Notes: generated from the sequence alone by a model not told the origin. Positions 21,433 through 32,842 are shown, numbered from the stretch's first letter. The stretch: DNA of 64,000 nucleotides from Erysipelothrix sp. (GCA_012727815.1 JAAYGI010000068.1:7404-71403); one strand, 5' to 3'. Program-made: numbers and translations.

Positions 21433-22302
21433 TTATTTTTTCTTTTTATCTGTATGTGCGTATTTTACATATAAAGTCTGAGCTAAACGTGTAAGTGCTG
21501 AGATTCCCCAGTAAACACTCATCCCAATATTCCATGTGAATGCTAACAGAACAACCATACCTACAGAGAATAACATCATTCCTTGTGAGTTTGGACCTTC
21601 TTGAGCAACCTTAGGTCTGTTTTTATTCTTTTGCTTTTCTAAATAGATTGGTAGGTATGTCGATGCAATTTGTGCAATTGTCATACCAATAAAGATTCCT
21701 ATATAAACAACATTACCTGTTGCGAAACCTTCTTTAGGTGTTCCTTTTAGTGATTGTCCTAAGAATTCACCGTTGATAATTAAATCAGCACGTTGAACAG
21801 CTTGGAATACTGCAAGGATAATTGGTAATTGTAAGAATGTTGGAATTAATGATCCTAACATGTTAATTTCGTGTTTGTCATAAAGCTTCTGAATTTCAGT
21901 TGCTTCAAGCATTTTAGCTTGTTTATCATCACGTCCACGGAATTTCTCTTTTATTCTGTTTACTTCAGGTTGTAGTGCAGTCATTTTTTGTTGTTGTATT
22001 GTTGATTTAATTGTTGAAGGCATTTTTGCCAAGTCAATTAGAATCGTAACAATAATTAATGACCAGAAAGCGCCTGTATATTTAGCAGCAAAGTTGAACA
22101 TTTGTGCAACTGGCCAAACAATAAATGTAGCAAACCAACCATAGCCTTCTTTACCAAATGGGAATTTGTCTGATAATCTAATTACATATTGTTCTAGAAC
22201 TTCTCTTGTTTTAGGGTCAATTACTGACTTACATCCAACAAGAAACACTAATAATCCAAGAAGTATTACAACTTTCTTGTGTTTTTTTATAAATTTATAC
22301 AT
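21433..22302 (-). CDS. yidC: membrane protein insertase YidC/SpoIIIJ
   Basis: Lipobox LVGC, LQPEVNRIKEK, LQLPI, YW motif; rpmH-rnpA-yidC-jag synteny. Confidence 0.92.
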   Translation of the reverse strand: MYKFIKKHKKVVILLGLLVFLVGCKSVIDPKTREVLEQYVIRLSDKFPFGKEGYGWFATFIVWPVAQMFNFAAKYTGAFWSLIIVTILIDLAKMPSTIKSTIQQQKMTALQPEVNRIKEKFRGRDDKQAKMLEATEIQKLYDKHEINMLGSLIPTFLQLPIILAVFQAVQRADLIINGEFLGQSLKGTPKEGFATGNVVYIGIFIGMTIAQIASTYLPIYLEKQKNKNRPKVAQEGPNSQGMMLFSVGMVVLLAFTWNIGMSVYWGISALTRLAQTLYVKYAHTDKKKK

Positions 22303-22329
22303 AGTTTCTCCATTTCCTTTATATACCTT

Positions 22330-22656
22330 TTATATTTTAACTTTTTTAATGAGTTTTTCCAAGTCTTTTTCGTTATCTTGGTAACTCGCGTCCAAATAAG
22401 GTTTTTTAACGATCAATATGACATCTTTTTTCATGTCTTCTTTATATACAGCCTGTATAAAACTTTTAACTTGACGTTTAATTTTATTTCTCATAACTGC
22501 ATTTGCAACTTTTTTAGGTACCGCGATACCAAAACGTGCATATTCTTCTTTTTTATCTTTTGTATATATTACAAAATTCTTAGAAGTAGCAAATTTTCGA
22601 TGTGCAATGATCTCTTGAAATTCTTCATTGCTTCTGATTCTATATTTCTTTTTCAT
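22330..22656 (-). CDS. rnpA: ribonuclease P protein component
   Basis: RFGIAVPKKVANAVMRNKIKRQ (RNR-type motif). Confidence 0.95.
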   Translation of the reverse strand: MKKKYRIRSNEEFQEIIAHRKFATSKNFVIYTKDKKEEYARFGIAVPKKVANAVMRNKIKRQVKSFIQAVYKEDMKKDVILIVKKPYLDASYQDNEKDLEKLIKKVKI

Positions 22657-22662
22657 AATTAC

Positions 22663-22691
22663 AAAAAAGTCACCCCGAAGGGCGACTTATT
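22663..22691 (-). terminator. terminator-like hairpin between rpmH and rnpA
   Basis: Minus strand AAGTCGCCC-TTCG-GGGTGACTT followed by a T run. Confidence 0.6.
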
Positions 22692-22824
22692 AAGCTGACA
22701 ACTTACTTCTTCCTTTAGATCTACGGCGTGATAGAACACGGCGTCCACCGACAGTTTTCATGCGGGCTCTAAAACCATGGACCTTTTGGCGTTTTCGTTT
22801 GCTCGGTTGATACGTTCTCTTCAT
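22690..22824 (-). CDS. rpmH: 50S ribosomal protein L34
   Basis: Manual translation [44 protein letters not shown]; GGAGGTG RBS; below the ORF-track size cutoff. Confidence 0.97.
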   Translation of the reverse strand: MKRTYQPSKRKRQKVHGFRARMKTVGGRRVLSRRRSKGRSKLSA

Positions 22825-23552
22825 AGAAAAGCACCTCCAGTTCTTTTTACATTTTTACGAGAGCAAATGCTTTCAAATTATATAGTATATTTAATTCAAA
22901 GTCAATAAATAATGACCTTCATATATAATAAACAGAAAAATTCATTATTTAAATGAAATTAAGTCATAGATATATTAATCTATATCAATAAAATTACTAA
23001 ATATTTGATTAACAAGTTATATAAAATAACTACCATGAATAGTATAGCATAAATTCTGAAGAAATATAGAAAAACTTATGTGGAAAACTTTTCTTGATTT
23101 GTGTATTTTTAGCATTTTTTCACTTTTTTACTGTGTTTTAGCATCTAAATAGGATCTATCAACAAAAATGTGGGTAATTCACAGATTTTAAAGTTCAAAA
23201 CATTTTCCCCACAGAGATATAAACAATTATTTGCATATATGGAGAGTTATTATGTGGAAAAGTGGATAACTCGCTTTAAACATCTAAATAGTTGATAATT
23301 TCGTGTTTATAAGTTGTTTATTACTTTAATTGTCCACATAGTTATCCACTTTATCAACATATGTGGGAAGTTGTAATATCTATCCACAATTTGTCCACAA
23401 TGAAAAGATGTGGATTAGTGTGGAAAACTATGAGTTATCCACTATATAGACACCTTTTATAGTTTTTGGAATGTGGAAAGTTTTTGTTTCTACTTTTTTT
23501 CCTTTTCTATTCAAATTTATTTTGCTATTATAGGGACACAAAGGAGGTTATC
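22825..23552. other. oriC, part upstream of dnaA: DnaA-box cluster
   Basis: Many TT(A/T)TNCACA-like boxes, e.g. TGTGGAAAA 23079, 23253 and 23419; AGTGGATAA 23261; TTGTCCACA 23330 and 23391; TTATCCACT 23342 and 23435; TTATCAACA 23351. Gene orientation switches here. Confidence 0.9.
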
Positions 23553-24905
23553 ATGACACTTATAAATTCAAAATTGGATGATCTTTGGTCAGAAGCATTA
23601 TCCTTAATCGTAAAATCAGAAAAATATGATGATACATTATTTTCTTCTTATTTTAAAAGAACTAAATTAGTTAATTTGACCGAAGATACAGCCGTAATAA
23701 GCACTGATAACTACTTTCAGCAATTAATATTAAAGGAAGAGAGAGAGTTTTTATCTGATGTTCTTTCAAAATTATTAAATTTAGATGCAATCGATTGTCA
23801 AATTGTAAATAAGACAGATGCTTCACTTGTTAATCAATATATACCTGAGAAAAAGGTAGAACAAGTGATCAAAGCAGATGGGGTTTCAGTTTCTCATACA
23901 TTTAAGAATTTTGTTGTAGGTAGTAGTAATAGGGAATCACACTCTGCTGCACTAGGATGTGCTTACAGACCCGGGCAATTTTTTACACCTTTATTTATAT
24001 ATGGAAATTCAGGACTGGGTAAGACCCATTTACTACATTCTATTGGAAATTATGTAAAGGATAAGAATCCTCAATCAAAAGTTCTTTATATTTCAAGTTC
24101 AGATTTTGTTAGACAAGTAGCTTCTTCAATATCTAAAGGAAATATAGAAGCATTTAAAGATCAAATGAATGAATTGGATGTTTTATTAATTGATGATATT
24201 CAATTTATTGCCGGAAAAGAGAAATCACACGAGATTTTCTTCCATATATTCAATGAACTTGTAAATAACAAGAAACAAATTGTAATTACAAGTGATAGAT
24301 TACCTACAGATATTAAAGGATTAGAAGATAGATTGATATCACGCTTCTCATCAGGTCTTTCAGTAGGAGTTGATACACCAGAGTTTGAAACATCACTGGC
24401 AATTCTATTTATGAAGATTAAAAATCAAAGTTTAGATGAAAAAATGTTCTCTGATGATGCTTTGGCATATATTGCAACAAACTTCTCTAAAGATGTGCGT
24501 CAACTTGAAGGTGCACTTAACAGATTACTATTCTTCTCTATAGAATTTAGTGGCGATGGTCCAATTACACTGGATACAGCCATTAACGCATTTAAAGGTG
24601 ACTTTGAACCACCCAAAGAAGTCGATCCTAAAACAATAAAAAAAGTTGTTTCAGATTATTATGGTTTAACAATCACACAACTTACAGGAAAATCTAGAAC
24701 TAAGGCAATATCTAATGCGAGACATATTGCAATTTACCTAACTCGTAAACATTTAGATATTCCTTACAATAAAATCGGAGAAGAATATGGTCGACGTGAC
24801 CACTCTACAATTATAAGCGCATGCGATAAAATTGAAAAAGGTATTAAAGCCAACCAAATGTTAGCTTCAGCCATACAAGAACTTGAAAAAAAATTAAGTG
24901 TGTAA
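23553..24905 (+). CDS. dnaA: chromosomal replication initiator
   Basis: Start re-called at MTLINSK (AAGGAGG RBS); PLFIYGNSGLGKTHLL, LLIDDIQF, RQLEGAL, RDHSTII. Confidence 0.97.
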   Translation: MTLINSKLDDLWSEALSLIVKSEKYDDTLFSSYFKRTKLVNLTEDTAVISTDNYFQQLILKEEREFLSDVLSKLLNLDAIDCQIVNKTDASLVNQYIPEKKVEQVIKADGVSVSHTFKNFVVGSSNRESHSAALGCAYRPGQFFTPLFIYGNSGLGKTHLLHSIGNYVKDKNPQSKVLYISSSDFVRQVASSISKGNIEAFKDQMNELDVLLIDDIQFIAGKEKSHEIFFHIFNELVNNKKQIVITSDRLPTDIKGLEDRLISRFSSGLSVGVDTPEFETSLAILFMKIKNQSLDEKMFSDDALAYIATNFSKDVRQLEGALNRLLFFSIEFSGDGPITLDTAINAFKGDFEPPKEVDPKTIKKVVSDYYGLTITQLTGKSRTKAISNARHIAIYLTRKHLDIPYNKIGEEYGRRDHSTIISACDKIEKGIKANQMLASAIQELEKKLSV

Positions 24906-25015
24906 TCCACAATTTTATCCCTATGTTTCCCACACAAAATATGTTAAAATAATGTAGTAACTAAAGGGTTTTATGGACTTATCCACATATCCACAGTACT
25001 AATAGTAATAATGAC
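24903..25015. other. oriC, dnaA-dnaN part: tandem DnaA boxes plus DnaA-trio-like unwinding element
   Basis: TTATCCACATATCCACA (24979-24995) followed by GTA then CTA ATA GTA ATA; same layout as the B. subtilis unwinding region. Confidence 0.8.
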
Positions 25016-25046
25016 ACTTAAATAAGACTATATAACAGGAGGAATT

Positions 25047-26165
25047 ATGAAATTTTCAATTTATAAAAATGTGTTTTTAAAAGCACTCAACTCTGTAGGT
25101 GCAGCTGCATCAGTACACTCACCTTTACCAATATTATCTGGTATTAAAATATCTGCTAAAGAAGATGGCTTATGGTTATTAGCATCAGATACGAATATAA
25201 CGATTCAAGAAAGCATCCCACTTAATGATGATACTAAGTTAGAGATTCAAAAGTATGGTGAAGTTGTTTTAGATTCTAGATATATTTCTGAAGCTGTTAG
25301 AAAACTGGATAGCATCTATGTTAACATTGAAATCATTGATGGGGCATTAACATTAATTAGTGGTAATAACGCTGAGTATGAAATCAATGGCGCAAGTGCT
25401 GCTACTTTCCCAGATATAGATTTACTTAAACCAGAAACTACATTTAAAATATCTTCTTTTAAACTTAAAGAGATTATTAACCAAACTTCCTTTGCTTGTG
25501 CTACAAGTGAGGAGCGTCCTATATTTACAGGTGTTAACTTTATATTAGATGGTAATCAGTTAAATGCAGTGGCAACAAACTCATACCGCTTAGCAAAGAA
25601 AACAGTAACAATTGATATTAATGGTAATTTCAATATTACAGTACCTGCATCTAACTTAAATGAAGTTGTCAAATCTATAGATGCTAATGAAGATGTAGAG
25701 GTTGCAGTCTCAAATAAGATTGTTCAATTCTATATTGGTAATAAATTAATTCAATCAAGACTTGTAGATGGTTTATTCCCAGATATCAATCGCTTAATAC
25801 CAAGTGAATTTGGCTATGAGTTAAATATCAATACAAGTGAATTAATATCTTCAATTGATAGGTCATCATTTCTAAAAAATGATGGTTACTGGAACGTTAG
25901 ATTAGAAGCAAGTAATGATGGTATTCATATTTCTTCTAAATCACAAGAAATTGGATCATCACATGAAACATTGAATCCTATCGACTATAAAGGTGGTAAT
26001 TTCAAAATATCATTCAGTGGTCGTTATATGATTGAAGCACTACGTTCATTTAGAACAGAGGTTGTAAAAATCTTATTTGTAGGTGAGATGCAAGCATTTA
26101 TTCTTGTAAACCCTAATGATGATTCTGTATTACAACTTGTATTACCAGTAAGAACATTTGATTAA
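25047..26165 (+). CDS. dnaN: DNA polymerase III beta clamp
   Basis: PILSGIKI, RPIFTGV, VATNSYRLA, SRLVDGLFPD, LVLPVRT. Confidence 0.96.
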   Translation: MKFSIYKNVFLKALNSVGAAASVHSPLPILSGIKISAKEDGLWLLASDTNITIQESIPLNDDTKLEIQKYGEVVLDSRYISEAVRKLDSIYVNIEIIDGALTLISGNNAEYEINGASAATFPDIDLLKPETTFKISSFKLKEIINQTSFACATSEERPIFTGVNFILDGNQLNAVATNSYRLAKKTVTIDINGNFNITVPASNLNEVVKSIDANEDVEVAVSNKIVQFYIGNKLIQSRLVDGLFPDINRLIPSEFGYELNINTSELISSIDRSSFLKNDGYWNVRLEASNDGIHISSKSQEIGSSHETLNPIDYKGGNFKISFSGRYMIEALRSFRTEVVKILFVGEMQAFILVNPNDDSVLQLVLPVRTFD

Positions 26166-26181
26166 AGTTATATATATTGAC

Positions 26182-26215
26182 AAAACAACCCTAGATTGCT
26201 CTAGGGTTGTTTTTT
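26182..26215 (+). terminator. intrinsic terminator after dnaN
   Basis: AAAACAACCCTAG-ATTGCT-CTAGGGTTGTTTTTT. Confidence 0.8.
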
Positions 26216-26351
26216 AATGCTATAGACTTGTCTTTGTAGATTTTGGTATCAAATAGGCATGAAAGTCTGAATAGTCGTTAATCGGCTTATAAACGCTGAT
26301 TTAGGTGATTTTTCTTGTAAAATATGTTATAATTGAGTGAGTTAAAGAAGG

Positions 26352-26570
26352 ATGATTAACATGGAAAATAAGAATTTTGTGATGACTTTAGGTCAATTTC
26401 TTAAATTTGCTGATTATGTTAGTTCTGGCGGTGAAGCCAAGCATATGATTGCAACATTAGAAATCACAGTAAACAATGAAAAAGACAACAGAAGGGGTCG
26501 TAAATTGTATGAAGGAGATACCATCGTAATTGAAGGAGATTCTTATACATTAGAATATGAAAATAAATAA
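26352..26570 (+). CDS. yaaA: S4-domain protein YaaA
   Basis: TLGQFLKFAD..SGGEAK...RRGRKLYEGD; position after dnaN. Confidence 0.88.
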   Translation: MINMENKNFVMTLGQFLKFADYVSSGGEAKHMIATLEITVNNEKDNRRGRKLYEGDTIVIEGDSYTLEYENK

Positions 26571-26593
26571 ACAAAATTTAATCAGTAAATTAA

Positions 26594-26631
26594 TAGATAA
26601 AGCTTCTAGATAAAACTAGAAGCTTTATCTA
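26594..26631. repeat. perfect 16-bp inverted repeat at the usual recF position
   Basis: TAGATAAAGCTTCTAG-ATAAAA-CTAGAAGCTTTATCTA. Confidence 0.85.
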
Positions 26632-26689
26632 GGAAAAATTAGACAGACTCATTAATTTAAAGAGTAATACTTCAACAGGAGGATTCAAA

Positions 26690-28609
26690 ATGAATAATAA
26701 AGTAGAACATTCATATACATCAGATGATATACAGGTACTAGAAGGTTTAGAAGCTGTACGTAAACGTCCGGGGATGTATATTGGTACAACATCAGCAAGA
26801 GGACTTCACCATTTAGTATGGGAAATTGTCGATAATGCTATTGATGAGGCATTGGCAGGTCATGCTAATGAGATCACGGTTGTACTTGAAAAAGGTAATA
26901 TCGTTAGAGTAAGTGACAATGGTCGTGGTATTCCTACAGGAATTCACGAGAAAACAGGAACATCAACTGCAGAAACAATCTTTACAGTATTACATGCTGG
27001 AGGTAAGTTTGGTGGTGGTGCTTATAAGGTATCTGGAGGACTTCACGGTGTTGGTGGTGCGGTAGTAAACGCATTATCAGAATTTATGGAAGTTATAATC
27101 TATAGAGATGGTACTGAATTTTTCTTAAAATTTGAAAACGGTGGTGAAGTAACACAAGCCTTACATGAAGTTGGAAAATCAGATAAAAAAGGATCAACAA
27201 TTAGATTCAAACCTGATTATCAAATATTTCAAGAAGGTATCGAATTCTCACATGACATCTTAAGAGATAGATTGCGCCAATTAGCATTCTTAAACAAAGA
27301 AATTAAAATAATATTTATAGATGAGAACCTAGAAGAAGATAAGCAAAAACAAGTTTTCTTATATGAAGGTGGAATCAAAGAATACGTTAAATATATTAAT
27401 AAAAATAAATCACCAATCCATGAAGAAATATTATATGGTGAAGGTGAAGAAGAAGATATTATTGTTGAAGTCGCAATGCAATACAACGATGGTTTTGTAC
27501 CAGGATTGTATTCATTCTGTAATAACATCAATACTCAAGAAGGTGGAACCCACGAAGACGGCTTCAGACTGGCTTTAACACGCGTGATAAACAATTATGC
27601 TCGCGACAAGGGAATCCTCAAGAAAGAGGACGAAAACTTCCAAGGAGACGATGTTAGAGAAGGGCTTACCGCAATATTATCGGTAAAACACCCAGATCCT
27701 CAATATGAAGGTCAAACAAAGACTAAATTAGGTAACTCTGAAGTAAGAAGAATCGTATCTTCAGTATTTGGAACTGTATTTGAAAGATATCTTCAAGAAC
27801 ATCCAGATGCAGCAAAAATTATTGTAGAAAAAGCAGAGATAGCATCTAAAGCACGTGTTGCGGCTAAAAATGCCCGTGAATTAACACGAAGAAAAGGTGC
27901 TTTAGAAGTATCATCACTTCCAGGAAAATTATCAGACTGTTCAAGTAAAGATGCAACAGAATGTGAAATATTCATAGTGGAGGGGGATTCTGCGGGTGGT
28001 AGTGCTAAACAAGGACGCGACTCCAGAATCCAAGCAATTTTACCTTTACGAGGTAAGATTCTAAACGTAGAAAAAGCAAGATTACATAGAATATTTGAAA
28101 ACAATGAAATTCGAATGATGTTAACAGCATTTGGTACAGGTATTGCAGATGAAATGGATCTTAATAAATTAAGATATCACAAAATCGTAATCATGACGGA
28201 CGCGGACGTCGATGGCGCGCATATTCGAACACTATTACTAACATTCTTCTATAGATTCTTAAGACCTTTAATAGAAAATGGTCATATCTATATTGCACAA
28301 CCACCACTATTCAAAATGTCTAGAGGTAAAAAGGAAGCATATGCATATGATGAATCTCAATTAGATGAATTAAGAGAAGATTTTGGCGAACGTTACGATA
28401 TCCAAAGATATAAAGGTCTTGGAGAGATGAATCCAGAGCAGTTATGGGAAACAACAATGAACCCAGATTCAAGAGTACTAATTCAAGTACAAATTGAAGA
28501 TGCAATGGCAGCAGATGAGATATTTGAAACACTAATGGGCGATGATGTTGCACCAAGACGTGACTTTATCTTAGAAAATGCACAATTCGTTACGGACTTA
28601 GATTATTAG
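26690..28609 (+). CDS. gyrB: DNA gyrase subunit B
   Basis: [54 protein letters not shown]. Confidence 0.97.
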   Translation: MNNKVEHSYTSDDIQVLEGLEAVRKRPGMYIGTTSARGLHHLVWEIVDNAIDEALAGHANEITVVLEKGNIVRVSDNGRGIPTGIHEKTGTSTAETIFTVLHAGGKFGGGAYKVSGGLHGVGGAVVNALSEFMEVIIYRDGTEFFLKFENGGEVTQALHEVGKSDKKGSTIRFKPDYQIFQEGIEFSHDILRDRLRQLAFLNKEIKIIFIDENLEEDKQKQVFLYEGGIKEYVKYINKNKSPIHEEILYGEGEEEDIIVEVAMQYNDGFVPGLYSFCNNINTQEGGTHEDGFRLALTRVINNYARDKGILKKEDENFQGDDVREGLTAILSVKHPDPQYEGQTKTKLGNSEVRRIVSSVFGTVFERYLQEHPDAAKIIVEKAEIASKARVAAKNARELTRRKGALEVSSLPGKLSDCSSKDATECEIFIVEGDSAGGSAKQGRDSRIQAILPLRGKILNVEKARLHRIFENNEIRMMLTAFGTGIADEMDLNKLRYHKIVIMTDADVDGAHIRTLLLTFFYRFLRPLIENGHIYIAQPPLFKMSRGKKEAYAYDESQLDELREDFGERYDIQRYKGLGEMNPEQLWETTMNPDSRVLIQVQIEDAMAADEIFETLMGDDVAPRRDFILENAQFVTDLDY

Positions 28610-28617
28610 GAGGATTT

Positions 28618-31122
28618 ATGGAAAACAGAACTACTGATAGAATAAAACTTATTAATATAGCAGATGAAATGAAGAAATCATTCATTTCATACTCTATGTC
28701 TGTTATTGTTTCACGTGCATTACCAGATGTTCGTGATGGTTTAAAACCAGTTCACCGTAGAATTTTATATTCTATGTATGATCTAGGAATAACATCAGAC
28801 AAATCATACAAAAAATCAGCAAGAATCGTCGGGGATGTACTGGGTAAGTACCACCCGCATGGTGACTCATCAGTTTATGATGCAATGGTAAGAATGTCCC
28901 AAGATTTCTCATTTAGATATATGCTTGTAGATGGCCATGGTAACTTCGGATCCATCGATGGTGATGGTGCCGCAGCCATGCGTTATACTGAAGCACGTAT
29001 GTCTAAATTATCTATGGAAATGTTACGTGAAATACGTAAAGAAACTGTAGATTTCGAACCTAACTATTCAGAAGAAGAATTAGAACCAACTGTAATGCCA
29101 GCAAGATTTCCTAACTTATTAGTAAATGGTGCATCAGGTATTGCGGTAGGTATGGCTACAAACATCCCACCTCACAACTTAGGTGAGGTAATCAATGGAT
29201 TACTGGCTTATATTGATGATAAAGACATCACTGTTATGGAGCTTATGGAAGATTATATCCATGGTCCTGACTTTCCTACGGGAAGTTATATTTTAGGTAG
29301 GGCAGGTATCAAATCAGCTTACGAAACAGGTCGTGGATCTGTAGTAATGCGCGCTAAGATAGCAACTGAACCAATGTCTGGAGACAAAAATAGACTTGTT
29401 GTAACTGAAATACCTTATCAAGTAAATAAAGCTAGATTAGTTGAAAAAATAGCGTCATTGGTAAGAGATAAAGAAATCGAAGGAATTACAGACTTAAGAG
29501 ATGAATCAAGCCGTGAAGGTATGAGAATCGTAATCGAATTAAGAAGAGATGTACAACCTGAAGTTATTTTAAATCAACTTTATAGAATGACAGCATTACA
29601 ATCAACATTTGGTGTAAATATGCTGGCTCTAGTGAATAGAGAACCACGATTAATGGGACTTAAAGAAGTCCTTGAACATTATCTAAATCACCAAATTGAA
29701 ATTATAAGAAGGCGTACTCAATTTGATCTAACAAGAGCAGAGGCAAGAGCTCATATTCTAGAGGGACTTCTGATTGCTTTAGATAATATTGATGAAATCA
29801 TTAGAATTATTAGAGCATCTAAAAATGATGCTGAAATTACAGAAAAATTCATTAATAAATTTGGATTAACTGAAATTCAGTGTAAAGCTATCCTAGATAT
29901 GGCACTAAGACGTCTATCTGGTTTAGAAAGAGAAAAAATCCAATCAGAATTTGATGAATTACAAGTAATCATTACTGATTTAAAAGATATTCTTGCAAAT
30001 CATGATAGAGTTCTAAATATTATTAGAGAAGAATTAACAGAAATTAAAGATAAATATTCAGATGATAGAAGATCAGAAATCATCGAAGCAGATATTGATA
30101 TGCAAGATGAAGATCTAATCCCTGTTGAAGATATTGTAGTTGCATTAACTGCCAATGGTTATATAAAACGAACATCAGTTGAGTCATTCAACGTTCAAAA
30201 CCGTGGAGGACGTGGTGTTAAAGGTATGTCGACTTATGAAGAAGACTATGTAGACCAGTTTGTAGCGATGTCAACACATGATTACATCATGTGCTTCACC
30301 AATACAGGACGCGTATTCAGAATGCGCGGATTCAACGTCCCATCAGCTTCAAGAACCGCAAGAGGAATTCCAGTAGTTAACCTACTAAACTTAAGTGAAA
30401 ACGAAAGTATTAGAACAATCATGCGCGTTAAGAAGGAAGATGACGACAGTAAATACGTATTCTTTGTTACAAAGAACGGTATTGTAAAACGTGTTGAACT
30501 TTCAGAGTTTGATTCAATCAGACAAACAGGTAAAATTGCAATCACATTAAAAGATGAAGACGAATTAATAGCTGTAAGACAAACTACAGGTGATGATGAA
30601 ATCTTTATTGGTGGTAAAAATGGTAAAGCTATCAGATTCCATGAAGAAGAAGTTAGAGTTATGGGTAGAAGTGCATCAGGAGTACGCGGATTCAACGTAG
30701 ACGGATCTGAAGTAGTTGGTGTTGCAACTGACCGTGAAGGAAAATTCATATTAGCGATAACTGAAAACGGATATGGTAAACGAACAAATGTCGAAGACTA
30801 CCGTTTAACAAAACGTGGTGCTAAAGGTGTTATCACAATTAATATTACTGAAAGAAACGGAGACTTAGTTTCACTAAGAGTCGTAGATGGAAGTGAAGAG
30901 ATATTAATTATCACAACCGATGGTACAGTAATTAGATTTAACGTAAATGATGTTGGAATCTATGGTAGAAATGCTATGGGTGTAAAACTGATCAATGTTA
31001 GAGATGACATAAAAGTAACATCAGTAGCATTATTCAAAGACACTGTTGTCGAAGATGAATCAGAAGATTCAGAAAAAACAGCAGAAGATGAAAATATTGT
31101 AGAAGCTGAAATTACAGAATAA
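28618..31122 (+). CDS. gyrA: DNA gyrase subunit A
   Basis: [31 protein letters not shown], GyrA-box QNRGGRG. Confidence 0.97.
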   Translation: MENRTTDRIKLINIADEMKKSFISYSMSVIVSRALPDVRDGLKPVHRRILYSMYDLGITSDKSYKKSARIVGDVLGKYHPHGDSSVYDAMVRMSQDFSFRYMLVDGHGNFGSIDGDGAAAMRYTEARMSKLSMEMLREIRKETVDFEPNYSEEELEPTVMPARFPNLLVNGASGIAVGMATNIPPHNLGEVINGLLAYIDDKDITVMELMEDYIHGPDFPTGSYILGRAGIKSAYETGRGSVVMRAKIATEPMSGDKNRLVVTEIPYQVNKARLVEKIASLVRDKEIEGITDLRDESSREGMRIVIELRRDVQPEVILNQLYRMTALQSTFGVNMLALVNREPRLMGLKEVLEHYLNHQIEIIRRRTQFDLTRAEARAHILEGLLIALDNIDEIIRIIRASKNDAEITEKFINKFGLTEIQCKAILDMALRRLSGLEREKIQSEFDELQVIITDLKDILANHDRVLNIIREELTEIKDKYSDDRRSEIIEADIDMQDEDLIPVEDIVVALTANGYIKRTSVESFNVQNRGGRGVKGMSTYEEDYVDQFVAMSTHDYIMCFTNTGRVFRMRGFNVPSASRTARGIPVVNLLNLSENESIRTIMRVKKEDDDSKYVFFVTKNGIVKRVELSEFDSIRQTGKIAITLKDEDELIAVRQTTGDDEIFIGGKNGKAIRFHEEEVRVMGRSASGVRGFNVDGSEVVGVATDREGKFILAITENGYGKRTNVEDYRLTKRGAKGVITINITERNGDLVSLRVVDGSEEILIITTDGTVIRFNVNDVGIYGRNAMGVKLINVRDDIKVTSVALFKDTVVEDESEDSEKTAEDENIVEAEITE

Positions 31123-31126
31123 AATC

Positions 31127-31163
31127 AAGGTGTGAAGCGCTAAAATCGTTTCACACCTTTTTT
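31127..31163 (+). terminator. intrinsic terminator after gyrA
   Basis: AAGGTGTGAAGCG-CTAAAAT-CGTTTCACACCTT followed by a T run. Confidence 0.8.
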
Positions 31164-31185
31164 ATCGACTTATTTTAAAAAATTA

Positions 31186-31229
31186 AAAACATCAATAAAC
31201 CTTTTGTATAAAGGGTTTATTGATGTTTT
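31186..31229. repeat. 16-bp perfect inverted repeat
   Basis: AAAACATCAATAAACC ... GGTTTATTGATGTTTT. Confidence 0.7.
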
Positions 31230-31426
31230 CTTTATAAATACAAGGCTTTGATTTGCAAAAATAAGTTACTTAGATGCGTATACACCCGTTAAGTACAAAT
31301 AAGTTATATAGATTCACATCAATAATTATGAAAAGTAGAAATATTTAAAATAAATAGAGAAAATCTATAATTGAACAAAAAAATAGTGTCCTTTTTAAAA
31401 GGACACTATTGGTTAATATTTATATC

Positions 31427-32611
31427 TTAATTTATGTGTTCAATTTGAATCATAAGAACATCATCAACTGAAAATTTCTTTTGAGCATCACTAGAATAGT
31501 AATTAGCAAGTTCTTCAAAGAATGGTTCAGGATCAATACAGACCTCAGGTGCAAAAACACCGATGTCTTTTATTTTCCCTTTACCCATCATATAAGTTCC
31601 AATTGCTTGTCCTGAATTATTGAAAGCAGCAGCATCATGAATACCCATTTGAACTCTAGCTGTGATTCTAACTTTCTCACCGTCTTTAATACCTTCAGCA
31701 ATAACTGCTTGTCCTCCCCATACTCCGCGATCTTGCCAAATGTCAGTACCTTTGAAAAGTGGCTTATTATTTTCTTTTGGCGGATATAGTGCATCTTCAT
31801 GTCCTCTTGCTTCAAGTCTCAATTGTTTCATAACCGGTGGCATAATAGAACCAAGGCAAGCACAGAAATCTTTAATATCAAGATACTTGGCCAATGTAAC
31901 AGGTTCTGCATGTCCAATGTAATATGATTCAGCACGGCCTAGCGGTAAATCAAAGTCTACCCATTCACCGTGTTCTATGGATTCAATCTCATCCCACTTC
32001 CCATCTTTCCAAATAGGTACATTATCAGTAGCAACATGGATTAAGTGATCCCATGCAGCAGGTGACATTAAATTATTCCCATCTAAATGTTCTAGATAGG
32101 TACCTTTTGTCATTGCTGGGTCGGGTGTAGTAATAGCCCATGCTACTTTAATCGAGTTACATGTATCAAGCATATCGTAAACGACTCTTGCTTGAACATT
32201 ACTAATACCAGGTGTTGTTCCCATACAAATCAGTGCACTAACACCAGCAGCTTTAGCTTTATCATTAAGTTTCATTAAATCAATCGCTGCATCATGGTCG
32301 TCACAAACATCTACATAGCTAACACCTGCTTCGATTATAGACTCAAGAATAGGTACTCCAAACTGTGTAAAAGGTCCTACACAATTTAAAACGACATCAT
32401 ATTTACGTGCTTCCTCTATCAATGCACTTTTATCAAGTGCATCTAGGTACAGAGTCTTAATTTTTGGAGAATTAAACATACTGACTTTAGTGTTCAAATC
32501 ATCAAGGTTGATATCTGACATCATAATTTCTGAGACATCGTCGTATCTCATCAGATAGCTTGCACCACCTAGAGCCATAGATCCAGCTCCTCCAAGAATA
32601 AGTATTTTCAT
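31427..32611 (-). CDS. saccharopine dehydrogenase-like NAD(P)-dependent oxidoreductase
   Basis: Start re-called at MKILILGGAGSMA (GGAGGTG RBS); VVLNCVGPF, YVDVCDD, MGTTPGISN, HAEPVTL, GVFAPE. Confidence 0.82.
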   Translation of the reverse strand: MKILILGGAGSMALGGASYLMRYDDVSEIMMSDINLDDLNTKVSMFNSPKIKTLYLDALDKSALIEEARKYDVVLNCVGPFTQFGVPILESIIEAGVSYVDVCDDHDAAIDLMKLNDKAKAAGVSALICMGTTPGISNVQARVVYDMLDTCNSIKVAWAITTPDPAMTKGTYLEHLDGNNLMSPAAWDHLIHVATDNVPIWKDGKWDEIESIEHGEWVDFDLPLGRAESYYIGHAEPVTLAKYLDIKDFCACLGSIMPPVMKQLRLEARGHEDALYPPKENNKPLFKGTDIWQDRGVWGGQAVIAEGIKDGEKVRITARVQMGIHDAAAFNNSGQAIGTYMMGKGKIKDIGVFAPEVCIDPEPFFEELANYYSSDAQKKFSVDDVLMIQIEHIN

Positions 32612-32842
32612 AAATAACACCTCCTATGCTTAACTTAACATGTTATTTGTTCTTATTTAATGAGATATCTATGAAATCATATGTATATTAGTATATTTAT
32701 AGAATAAATAGTTAATAGAGGCGTACTTCGTGATTATTTGTAATATATTCACAGAAAAACAAGAACACAATTCAACGAAACTATATATACACATGCAGAT
32801 TTAGTATAATCATCTATAAGATACGAATAGACTCCTATTTGA

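Noticed and set aside
28707-28722. parS-like TGTTTCACGTGCATTA inside gyrA
   Set aside because: Three mismatches in one arm, and it is explained by the conserved VSRALP codons.
32714-32790. Lysine riboswitch-like start (AATAGAGGCG) near the saccharopine dehydrogenase-like gene
   Set aside because: It is on the wrong strand for that gene and the downstream conserved motifs are absent.
32812-32825. 14-mer ATCTATAAGATACG shared with 41895-41908
   Set aside because: An AT-rich match of this length is plausible by chance and the wider context is not shared.
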